64,000 nucleotides of DNA, from assembly GCF_001194135.2 (NCBI RefSeq), contig NC_069009.1, positions 9,605,452 to 9,669,451 on the forward strand. The letters are read 5' to 3'. Both the position numbers and the translations under genes were made by a program. Under the pieces are notes generated by a model, which made no database searches, was not told the DNA's origin, and saw nothing but the letters and a program-made list of their open reading frames with translations. The stretch is from Octopus bimaculoides (lineage: Eukaryota). Below, one piece after another: positions 25,201-36,376 of the stretch. Each line of letters begins with the position of its first letter. Within the stretch, counting starts at the first letter, position 1.

Positions 25201-27124
25201 AATATGCAACACATGCATATAATTCAATATACATGCATGCATGAAAAACTTAAAAACAACCAGGAGCAGCCCAAGAAGGGCCCCCCTCCAGGAACATCAA
25301 CAGTTAAGATTGAAAAGCTTCATCTAAACACAATCCAGCTTCTTCCTCTGGCGACCCCTTTTCTGGAAAAATGCAACAGACAAAATTTCAGGGCCATTTT
25401 TAAAATTCATTAAAAAAAAAAAAAAAGAAAAAACCCATCTTACCTCACACTTTAGTGAGTGGAGTGTCACGTTCATGCTCACACTCCAGATTAAAATCTT
25501 TAAAAGCTATAAAAAAAAATTTAAAAAAGCACATCCAGGATGTAGAAAACTACAACTGCTCAGCCGCCACACAGTGGGGTCAGGGGGGCAAGTCTGGTGT
25601 GGGAGGAAATGGATTTAAATGATTTCTCAAAGGGGGGGATTGTATATGAAGCAGGGGAGGGGGAAAAAAGTGAAAGGAATAATGCCAAGTGACACTGGGT
25701 CAACATATCTATATCTACTGTCANNNNNNNNNNNNNNNNNNNNNNNNNNNNNNNNNNNNNNNNNNNNNNNNNNNNNNNNNNNNNNNNNNNNNNNNNNNNN
25801 NNNNNNNNNNNNNNNNNNNNNNNNNNNNNNNNNNNNNNNNNNNNNNNNNNNNNNNNNNNNNNNNNNNNNNNNNNNNNNNNNNNNNNNNNTATATATATAT
25901 ATATATATATATGATTGGTACCTATTTTACCGCCCCTCAGAAAGACAAAAGGCAAATTTGACCCTGATGCAATATGAAATCAAAATGTGAAGAGGCCTCA
26001 CTGAAACCACAACTCTAGTGATCCTGCTAACCACAGCCATTACAATTAAGCTACCACACCAAGTGTCTCACAAGGGGTATACATCAGTTAAGATTAAAAG
26101 ACTAGACTTTAGGGGGGTTAATAAAACAAAGTGTGCTTGGGAAATATGCACTGTGGTAGTACTGCTACCCACTCCCTGCAGAATACTCTGGTTAAGTAAG
26201 AAACTTAGACAAAGCAGGACCTTCTTTGAAATTATTTGCATCTTGAGTCACATTAGATCTTTCACATGTTAATATTGATGTTTATTGGATGGTTAAGTGG
26301 AAAATGAAATATAATCAATAACTACTCTTTACAGTCACCACACAAACATTAAAGCAGTCTGTGTGCACATATATATTTATCTAATCTATCTATTTATAGC
26401 ATCTGCCTATAATTATTCTGGAGAACATTGACATGAATGTGGGCTTCAGAGTAAGCTGAGGCCTACAATTTCAGACAAACCGTAAAGCAGCCTCCTTATG
26501 ACCTTCAATGTTTGCAGTCAAGGTCATTGCACATGCAATCAGTATATCACTCTACAGACATCTACCCTAATAGTCTCCTAAAGCTAACTTGAACTGGCTT
26601 TTCAAATATTAAATAGCAAATCCTGCAGATGGCACTTCTGCTTGCCTGCATACGTTCAAGTGAACCCCTACCCACTCCCCATGGGTAAAAATTAGTTTTA
26701 GACAGACATACTTTATCTTGTCCATTATTTTTACTATAGCCATTAAGAATTAATTCTAATACACCACAGTGATCCCACAGATTTAGAATATATATATATA
26801 TACATACATACACACCTGCAGGCACATTCAATTGCCTCCCCTTTTACAGAGAATGAGTTTTTTTTTTTTAAATAATTTACACAGGGCAATTGACACAAAC
26901 TAAAGACAAGCCTCCCCTCTGGTGCTACTCAGATTTCACATTTCTGCTCTGCATAGGGAATGAAATTGGCTAGCATCAAAAGGAATCATTAGTCTCAACA
27001 AATGCAAACTCCATATATACAGTTAATTGTCAGATAAATTTGTTAATTTCTTTCCAAAGTTATCTGAATGAACACAAAAAATATTTGTGTTTTATGTAGC
27101 TCTGTTCTTACTCTACATCTTTTG

Positions 27125-27130
27125 TTTATT
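27125..27130 (-). promoter_or_regulatory. Proximal polyadenylation signal (AATAAA) of the CNBP-like gene
   Basis: AATAAA about 1 kb after the stop codon, with upstream TGTA motifs and a U/GU-rich element (TTTTTTGTGTTC) about 45 nt downstream. Further minus-strand AATAAA at 26281, 22520, 22391 and 22262. Confidence 0.55.
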
Positions 27131-27885
27131 GGTTTTGAAATTTAAATAAACTTTCACTTTCAATCAAGGTTCCAAAACCGCCCAAGGTATTTGTGTTGTG
27201 TACAGAGGTATGATCTTTCTGATGCACTACATTTCAGCCAGCCTGTTCAATTCAGTGAAGATCAATTGGAGGATTCATTCACAAAGGATCCACCATGGAA
27301 TTAGTACAGCAGTTGGAAATAAAATAAACAAATTTATCTGACAATCCAACATAAGTAATTTTCTCCTACACTGTGTTGATGCTATTAACAGTTTAAATGT
27401 TTAAGACAGACGAGAATAAGATTAAAAAAGGGTCCAGTCTTCTCTGCATGTTTAAGAGGTGTTCATTTGTTGGTAGACTGCCACAGACCAGGCTGTCAGC
27501 TACAAAAAAAACCCCTTTTTTCTACAGAGGGCAGAGGTATGAAGGATGTGGCAGCAGAAATACTACTAAATTCATGGTTTTGAGTGAAAAAAATCTTTCA
27601 AGGACGGGCTAAAGGAGTGTTTTAATTTACCCCACAACTTTCAAGGAACAAAGGGTGTTTCTGCAATTAATTTATAGTGTAAGTAGTAAGCCCCAAAGAA
27701 ATAGGGATGAGAGCAGTGGTGAAGTTGTTTAGTCTATCAAAGAAATTTATAATAAAAAAGATAAAAGCTCGAAATCTACAAAAGAAAAAGAATTGCTGGC
27801 TTTTTAGTAGGAATAACTTGTTTTGAGGGAGGGGGGATTAAAAAAAAAAACTTCGGAGGGGGGAGTGTGTGGCTCCACAGCATAT

Positions 27886-28000
27886 TTAGAGCACCTGGTT
27901 GTTACAATCCCTAGCATAGTGGCCTGTCGCCCTGCATGTATAGCACTGGGTTAGATTTAAACTAGGACACTCCTTGGCCAAGTGATCACTTTCACCACAC
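27886..28000 (-). other. Identical second copy of the CNBP-like last coding exon (probable assembly or haplotype duplication)
   Basis: About 27839-28012 is identical to about 28074-28247 (235-bp offset). The two copies are separated by a 10-N gap at 28013-28022. Confidence 0.8.
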
Positions 28001-28120
28001 CTAAAAGGCAAANNNNNNNNNNCTTTTGGGGGGATGGGTTGGTTTCTAAGAGCAGCACGCAAAACAAAATATTTAAAAAAAAAAACTTCGGAGGGGGGAG
28101 TGTGTGGCTCCACAGCATAT

Positions 28121-28235
28121 TTAGAGCACCTGGTTGTTACAATCCCTAGCATAGTGGCCTGTCGCCCTGCATGTATAGCACTGGGTTAGATTTAAACTAG
28201 GACACTCCTTGGCCAAGTGATCACTTTCACCACAC
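28121..28235 (-). CDS. CNBP: CNBP-like CCHC zinc-knuckle protein, coding exon 4 (last)
   Basis: Acceptor tttgccttttAG; phase 2 completes K in CYK|CGESDHLAKEC. Then PSLNLTQ-CYTCRATGHYARDC-NNQVL, with TAA at 28121-28123. Confidence 0.9.
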
Positions 28236-28336
28236 CTAAAAGGCAAACAGAAACATGAAATTAGATTACATAACTGAGGAGAAAGAGAAAACAAAAAAAA
28301 AAAGAGAAAACAAGAAAAAGAGAGAGAGCTACTAAC

Positions 28337-28541
28337 TTGTAACAGTTCTTGCCACTTTCTGGACAGCTCTTGGAGATGTGACCCGTCATACCACAGTTAT
28401 AGCACTTGCGGTCATCTCGTCGCTCATCAGAACACTCCCGAGCTATATGGCCAGCTACACCACATCGATAGCATGGTTTTGAGCTGGCCACCAGGCACTC
28501 CCTCTGGATGTGACCACTCTTGCCACAGTTGTAACATGATC
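28337..28541 (-). CDS. CNBP: CNBP-like protein, coding exon 3
   Basis: Acceptor cattgtAG, donor GTTAGT; 205 nt, phase 1 to 2. Encodes GSCYNCGKSGHIQREC..CYRCGVAGHIAREC..CYNCGMTGHISKSC..NCY. Confidence 0.92.
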
Positions 28542-28787
28542 CTACAATGTAAAATAACATTAACACCAAATAAAAGACAAACCACATAGAGGGCTCAGAC
28601 AGTCAAGAAAAAAATTTTTTTTTAAACTTCTAAACCCACTAAATAAGGCAATGACAGAGCCTGGACACAATCACTGAGGAACTGGCATGGCCACAGCTGA
28701 AATAGCTGTCACAACAAATGAACCTGAGGTTAAACATATACATCAATTATATGTGACCCATGGCCAGCTGAGAGAAACTGACCAGGA

Positions 28788-28940
28788 TTACCCTTTAGCA
28801 TTGAAACCTACCATATCAGGTCAAAATATTCTACCTGCTTTATGTTCAAACCAACTAGATCCTACCTCTCACATCTACCCTACATTGTCATGAATAAATA
28901 AGCAGTAGTTGAGAGAGTAATCTTAATGCTAAAGGGTTAA
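28788..28940. mobile_element. piggyBac-type MITE, internally deleted
   Basis: Ends CCCTTTAGCATT...AATGCTAAAGGG with TTA/TTAA flanks. Confidence 0.65.
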
Positions 28941-31064
28941 CTTGGGAAAGTGTAATTCTATATAAATCCTTCAGATACCCACCCCTCTTGGTTCTACAAC
29001 ACAAGCTTCAGGTTTTAAAGTGACCACTCTTCAAAATTTGATGGTAATTGGTACTCCAAACACCAGCTTAACATGGATATTTGGAAAATGATTTCTATGT
29101 AAATATAGTCACAAAGGGGTTACGAGTGAATACATAACTTGTATTGTAGAGTGAATGACTTCAACATTGCATCTAGGTTGGAAGAGAAGTATTCAAGCTG
29201 GTCTAGATAACCCAACTGATAGACAAAGCACACAACAGCTGCCCAACAACCTCCAACAAAAACAAGCAAACGGTATATTGTGACTGCATCTGCAGAGCCA
29301 ACAAAGCAGCAACCACATAATCACTCCATCTGCTATAAGTAGCAACTAGATTTCCCTCACAACCTACCAACTTAAAACAAAGGATTGAAAGGTTTTAAAC
29401 TCAAAACCTAACCAAAATATCCCAGATTTTGTCCCTTCACTGCTTCCTTCAATAACTAATTGCCAAAATTGACACAAACCACTTCAGTACTTGTATTTCA
29501 AGTAGAGAAGTATGGAAGGTACAAAGAAACACCACAGGTAGGTTGCCAGATAATTTAGTGTATGCTGTTGCAATGATTTCTATGGAGGGTATATAGCATA
29601 GTCTACGTAATCCCTAACACCAAATAAAAACAATGCTTCATTCAGTGCAACGCCAGCACTTAAGTCTTCAAAAATCAATATAACATTAAGCAATGTCAAG
29701 TGACGAGATGCTGCACTGGAGCAGATCTATGCTAGCAAGGGAAGGAAACAGTGGGGGGGGGGGCAGAGGAGCGAAAATGCAGACTTAAGAAAACAAGCAG
29801 AAAGACAAGCACAGAAGAGTGAGCAAATGCAGTGACATGCGTTCCAAGAAGTTGTTAGGAGGGCAAGGAAAAGATATTTTCAGGGAAAATATTAGCACAG
29901 TAATAAGGTGAGTTTACAATGTTTTAGTAGAATATTATTTTTAGTACAGACAAGAGGAGAATGCAAAGATAGATAATTATTGCTCCTTGTGAAAGTTTCA
30001 TACAAAATTAAACTATGAAAGGTCAGAGAGACTTTGAGATTGTCCTCACCCAGCGATTGTACTTGGTTGTCTTAATGTAGGACATGATAATGCAGTCTTA
30101 AGCACATTATAACTGAAACAGCAATTAATCAGTGGGTACCTGAATTTTTGGGGAAAACTAAGCAAGGATATGGTCTAAATCTAATTTAAAGTCCAACCTA
30201 GTAAAGAACATGGTGGCCATGTGCTTAAAGCCTGAACACAGCACCATCCAACAGTGTATCTAGGACTACATTACTTAATGTATCCTCCCTTGCTAATTGG
30301 CTGCATATCACCTTTTACTGACAATGTACACTCTTTCATTATGTGTATCTACTTAAAGATGTTTGGAGGAAATGTTTCCACATAGCTACATACTAATATT
30401 TTTTATCTGTTGTAGTAATAAGGAATACATGACGTCCAGCAGCATTTCTGCAATTTCAGCCATTGCGAGAAAAGTTGCTTTCCCCACCAACCTTCTCTTT
30501 CATAGCCTGCAACACTGGTGAATACCACATAATATACATATGCATTATATCCAGTGTGCAGGCATGGCACTTTGGAACTACATAGTTTTGGGTTCAGTCC
30601 CACTGCACAGTGCCATTGGCAACCATCTTCTACTATAGCCCTGGGCTAACCAATGCTTTCAGTGAATTTCTTTACTATGTGAAAGCCTGTCACGTGTGCG
30701 CATATGTCTTCTTACCTGCCACAACTCGCTTGACAACTAGTGTTGGTTTGTTTACAACCCTGTGATATAGCTATCAAGCAAAAGAGACTGATAGAATAAG
30801 CACCAGACTACAGAAGCCAATAAGCAAGGTGGCGGTACCTTGCCATGGTCACAGTCCAGATGACCAAAACAAGTAAAAGAGAGCAATGTGTAATTCAACA
30901 GCAACAAAGTTCACTAAAGTAAGCTATGTTATGTATGTTGTAGACAATCTGAGTTGCTCAATAAAGCCTCTGTACAAGACTATTTGCAGCTCGCCACTCG
31001 GACTGCCCTGAACACAAACTAGGAACTAGTCTCCCATCTTTCTTTATAGGGCCAGCCAATGCCT

Positions 31065-31289
31065 TTAACCCTTTAGCATTAAACCAGTCATATATGGCCC
31101 AAATATTCTATATTTTTATGTTCAAACTGGCTAGATCCAACTTCTCACACTTACGCTACAATGTCTTTCTAAAAGTAAACAACCACAGCATCAAAATCTC
31201 ATGGCTATGAGATAATGTATGAGTAATTCAAAACAATGTGAATAAATAAGATTTACATTGGACAATGATCTGAATGCTAAAGGGGTTAG
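31065..31289. mobile_element. piggyBac-type MITE
   Basis: TTAA|CCCTTTAGCATT...AATGCTAAAGGG(G)|TTAG. Related copies at about 16403-16620, 5150-5270 and 43630-43830. Confidence 0.7.
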
Positions 31290-32406
31290 CAAAATTGTTA
31301 GATTGTTAATAAATTGACATCCCATGCCTTCATTTGACACCAATGGGCAAAAATGGTGATGTGTTTATATTGTTTGACATTATGAAATTGTTTTCAATTT
31401 TCAAAGCCCAGTAGAATAAAAGCTTCCCTACAGGAAATTCTCCTTGCCTCGACAGCATATAGCTGTAAACCAGTGCCACTGCTATGTAAGGTGTGTGCTC
31501 CCAATCTTCCTTGAAAATGCCTGTGATCGTGGAGAAATATTACCTTACTTGGAAACAGGTGAAGAGTTGGCAATAGAAAGGGTATTCAGCTGTAGGAAAA
31601 TCCACCTTAAACTCCTCCTGACTCATGCAAGCACGGAAATATGAACATTAACAATTTTCATCTTCAGAGAAACTCACTGTAGGTTGGCAGCACCTAATAT
31701 CAAAAGCTTGCTCCCTATATTTCATTTTTGTCTTGCATGTCTGCTTTTACATAATTGGATTAACTAAAGCAGTAGATATGACATTTTATTGACATGTGCC
31801 CCTCACAGGAGGTTGTGGACTGTCTCGTAAGATAGTTTTTACTGTGTTATATACATATATTAAAAACTACCATATGATAGTTATATACACAGGCAGTGGA
31901 GGCACATAGTGGTTAGGGTGTTGCACTCATGAATTGTGGTTTTGATTCCTGGACTGGCTGATGTGTTGTGTTCTTGGGCACAACTATATTTCATGCAGCT
32001 CCAATCCACTCAGCTGGTAAAAATGAGTAATCCTGCGACAGACTGGCATCCCATCCAGGGGAGAACACATACACCAGAGAAATCAGCTCCATTGTTCCTT
32101 ACAGAATAATGTGGACTAACCCCTCCACCTCAATTCAGACACTAACAAACACAGGAAGAGAATGGGAAGATAAGAAGGCTTCAGATGAGATAAATGCTAA
32201 AAGCTGAAGAGAGAAATGAAGGCAATTATGAAATAATAGATGGAGACAACAGAAGGAAAGAAAGTTAAATTAATGTAAAAACATCTATCATACAGTCACT
32301 GCATGTCAGTGTTCTCCTTAGGAAAGCAATGCAAAAATTCAGAAGGTGAAGAAAAGTCACACGTAAGGTATTAAGTTTTGGCTGCCTATTTTATATTTAT
32401 CCAATG

Positions 32407-32686
32407 GAATTCTGGTTTAAGTATACCATATAAACCACCCCATAAGTTATCTTTTGGAATTTTCAGAAAATTCATTCAATTAGGGGGAGGGGGAACCCCC
32501 TACCACACACGGAGTGGGGTAGGGTCATGAGACGCTAGATCGCCCTGAAGAAAAAAAATTTTTTTTGCATGATCATGTGAATTTTCATATGTAGAAAACT
32601 AATTCGCAAAAAAATTTCTGAAAATTCACAAAAAATTTTTTTTTTTTTTAAATGAGGGGTTATACTGGGTGCTTAAACCAGAATTC
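32407..32686. mobile_element. MITE with a 15-bp perfect inverted repeat
   Basis: GAATTCTGGTTTAAG (32407-32421) / CTTAAACCAGAATTC (32672-32686). Similar internal sequence at about 46660-46960 and 49030-49320. Confidence 0.6.
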
Positions 32687-33926
32687 TGCTTATTTTTCTC
32701 TTAGGTGAAGTAAACATTTCTAGTTTAAAAATTAACTGTAACAATACCACAAATTTATTTTATATCCTATGGCACTAATAATTACCAGTGATGTTTGAAC
32801 AGTATTTAAATCGGTGTAAATTCCAAATCATAATTAACAACAAAAGTCAATACTGCTAAGAATGGGTCTTCAATTTCCCAAACTCTCACAACATACTAAA
32901 TGCATATTCTTGCCAAGGGAGAATGGCTTTCCTTTACTGCATTGACTCCTGTTGCTTGTAGAATCATTTGCTACTTTACAAATTACATCTAATTTATCAG
33001 AGTTGGCCCCAAGATTTCCAAGCACCATCAAAAATCTACTAGATTTCATTGGTGCTGCAACTAGGAATGGTAGAAGATATTCCCTGTGGGCTGTGCCAAA
33101 GAAATACCAACAGAACTACCAACTTGAGACAAAAAAAAAACCTAGACATTTCTTTTTAATTTTAAACATTTAGAAAACACCTCTGGCAATTGTTTGTGCA
33201 TGCATGACTTTTCTAACCCATCTGACTTTTCTATCCATCGGTGGAGATGGTTAATGAATACAATTTAGCTCCAGCTTGAACCTCCCCCGCCCCCAATTTA
33301 GAGAGAAAAAAAAAATTCAAGCTAGAAATTGAAACCAGCCCATTTTGTTTAATTTAAAATGGGATGAATTCTAAATGACTGGTTACTTTCCAAGGCTTGC
33401 CACCATCTGACAATCAACCACCAAAACATGGAGACTAAGTGATACTGCCACGTAAACACCACCATCACCTTTCAAACTTTAACCCCCAAGAACATTTACT
33501 ATCCCCCGAAAAAGAAAGAGGGAGATCCAAGCTAATATCAAAGACACTAAGTAATAATTAACCCCTTATATGTCAGGTGACCTAAAAACAAATACTCCCT
33601 TAGAAAATTATATAAAAGTAACTGGTTACATGTGTATGTAACTGTTAGCACACGGCAGTTGCTGCAAGTGCAACAACTACAATCAGGGGGAAAAGAGAGA
33701 GAGGATGCAGCAGAAGTAGGCAGGTGTGTGGCTAGGGTATTCAGATAACACCCTGGGTTAGAAGGGTTTTCAAGACAAATTGACCTAAATAAGGGGAAAC
33801 ATAGCTCATGCTTCTCAGGGAGAACACTGAATATTAGAAGGAAGAAGTTGGGAAAGGAGTTAAATAATAAATAATAATGATAATGTTCTATGCCAAAATT
33901 CTACATAGTTTTAGAGGTACACCTAC

Positions 33927-33983
33927 TTGACGAAGAATACTTATAGTTGCCAGTTCCATCTGTGCCACGAAACGGTGGCCCCT
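33927..33983 (-). CDS. Candidate in-frame cassette exon of the CNBP-like gene (57 nt, 19 codons)
   Basis: Acceptor cttaatttttcttttgcacAG, donor GTAGGT; phase 1-1 with no stop. Inserts EGPPFRGTDGTGNYKYSSSR in place of the junction Gly between knuckles 3 and 4. Confidence 0.55.
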
Positions 33984-34290
33984 CTGTGCAAAAGAAAAAT
34001 TAAGATAAGCTGATTAACAGGATTAACAAGAACATCAGGGGCGAGTTTTTAAGGCAAGCCACTGCACAAAAACTGTCAAGTTTCTGACCTCAGCTTCTAC
34101 GGCAAGTAATGTTTGACGTGGCACTAACTAATCCTTGTATCATGGCAACTCAAACTTATCTGTTACAGAAAATCTAGAAAACTGAGAGCAAATTTGGGGG
34201 TAAAAAATTTTTTTTTTTCAAAAGCAAATAATCAGTTCCAATATATGAAAACCATAACTATTTCATGTATAATACAATATAAACACACAC

Positions 34291-34304
34291 TGTGTGTGTG
34301 CGCA

Positions 34305-34336
<32 letters not shown>

Positions 34337-34350
34337 CGTATATATATACG

Positions 34351-34383
<33 letters not shown>

Positions 34384-34415
34384 GCATACATACATATGTA
34401 CATATATGCACACAT
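34291..34415. repeat. Compound (TG)n/(TA)n microsatellite
   Basis: Direct inspection. Similar tracts at about 1783-1800, 3285-3340, 3697-3752, 8000-8042, 9325-9375 and 42865-42910. Confidence 0.9.
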
Positions 34416-34911
34416 ACACCTGAGGTTCATGTGGCCTTCAGTCTTTCCAAAACATAAAATGGAACACCCCTAGAACACACCTGCCTCTATATAAGACAAA
34501 CACGCACACCCAAATAGAAGAAAAGAAAGGCGTGATGGATAGGAATGGTGCAGTATTCAAATGTGAGTATTTTGCCTGTGTATGAATATTTATATTTTAT
34601 ATACACATTTCATATACTCAAACTTTTAAAAGACTAGGTAGAGCCACCTGAGANNNNNNNNNNNNNNNNNNNNNNNNNNNNNNNNNNNNNNNNNNNNNNN
34701 NNNNNNNNNNNNNNNNNNNNNNNNNNNNNNNNNNNNNNNNNNNNNNNNNNNNNNNNNNNNNNNNNNNNNNNNNNNNNNNNNNNNNNNNNNNNNNNNNNNN
34801 NNNNNNNNNNNNNNNNNNNNNNNNNNNNNNNNNNNNNNNNNNNNNNNNNNNNNNNNNNNNNNNNNNNNNNNNNNNNNNNNNNNNNNNNNNNNNNNNNNNN
34901 NNNNNNNNNNN

Positions 34912-34949
<38 letters not shown>

Positions 34950-36250
34950 TAAAATGGTTTAACAGTTTGGTGTGGAAGCAACAAAACAAAAAAAAAAAAC
35001 AACAAAAACATTACAACCTTTTTTTTTTCATTAAATTATAAACAAAAATGTTCAAAAATAAAGCATGAAATACATAAAATTAAACACAGCCTCCTCAAGT
35101 CCTTTCACAACACAGACTGAATGTCTCTGAATCCTTAACCCATTTTCTTCCCATAGATCAGAACAATTTTCCAACAAAGAGCAGGCAGATCAAAATTTCA
35201 AACAAGAATTATCCCCCAGAAGAATTTGGAAGATTGGAAATCTTCCAGGTGGTGAAAAACCTCAACACAGATTCTTTCCACTATATCTACAGATAAATGA
35301 AGACAGGAAAAGCAACGATGAATTATTTATGTGTATGAATCTATGCCAAAGCTAACTGGAAATGGTACAGTGTCTTAGTTTAGTTACCTGCTCGCAATTG
35401 AAATTGAAAAAGGGCCACAAACCCAATGCCAGAAATTTAAATCCTGTTAGTTTCCACCACCCCATCATAATTATATTTTGCACAAGCCTCTACATGGATG
35501 TCAACATGCTAGAAATAGAAGCCAAATTCGTTTTAGATCACATTATTTTAAAGGACACTGCAGACACCCTCCATAAGATTGCCTATCCATTTAAACTTAG
35601 CAGTCAAACCACTGCCCCCCTCAATATCTCAAAGGAATGGTCCTGAGTGCACTGTAGCCACTGCTGTGAGAGGAACCTAGTTCATTACATTGCACGCAAA
35701 GATTGCAGTCACAGCAGATTAGGCTGGTGCAGGCATCGACAACCTTTTGCGAGAAGCCGGTTGCATGAAATATGGCTCATCATCTTGTGGGCTGCACTAT
35801 TTAAAAACGTTCAAGGTAAATTTCCAACAGGTAATGTCACCTAGAAAGATCCACAGGTTGCATGTGACCACAGTTTGGCTCTGACTGGGTATCTTCTCCC
35901 ATAGTCTTTTAGTGTCACTGGGTGAATAGAAGCGTAACAAATGAACTAAATTTGTTTGAGTACAGTGGATTACAACCATCTGGTGTGGGCACTGATCCCT
36001 TCAATTAATTTTAATAGAGTCCAGTTGCAAGAATTCAAACCAAATATCCATGCTTCCTTGTCTTGGAGGCCATGCCTAACAAAATCATAAAACAAGTAGA
36101 GAAAGCAGTAGAGAGAGGAAAGGGTAGAGCTAACAAGCGAGGAATCCGGGCGAATTAATGAGAGGGAAGGCAGAAAATAGTAGACATGGAAGGGGAAAGA
36201 AAAGAGAAAGGGAAATAAATATGCAAAGAAAACCAAGAAGCTTAACTTAC

Positions 36251-36376
36251 CACTATCTATTTCCTTATTACATTCTTTAGCAATATGGCCGTGTTCGTTG
36301 CACTTGTAACAACGGTCGATCTCCACTTTGCACTCTCTTGCAAAGTGACCGTAGCGGTTGCACTTGTAACACTTTT
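36251..36376 (-). CDS. CNBP: CNBP-like protein, coding exon 2
   Basis: Acceptor tttttattgcAG, donor GTAAGT; 126 nt, phase 1-1. Encodes [42 protein letters not shown]. Confidence 0.92.

Noticed and set aside
26498-26527. ATGA-containing hairpin resembling a SECIS element
   Set aside because: AUGA pairs by Watson-Crick rules with UCAU instead of forming the non-canonical GA quartet, and the CDS has no in-frame UGA.
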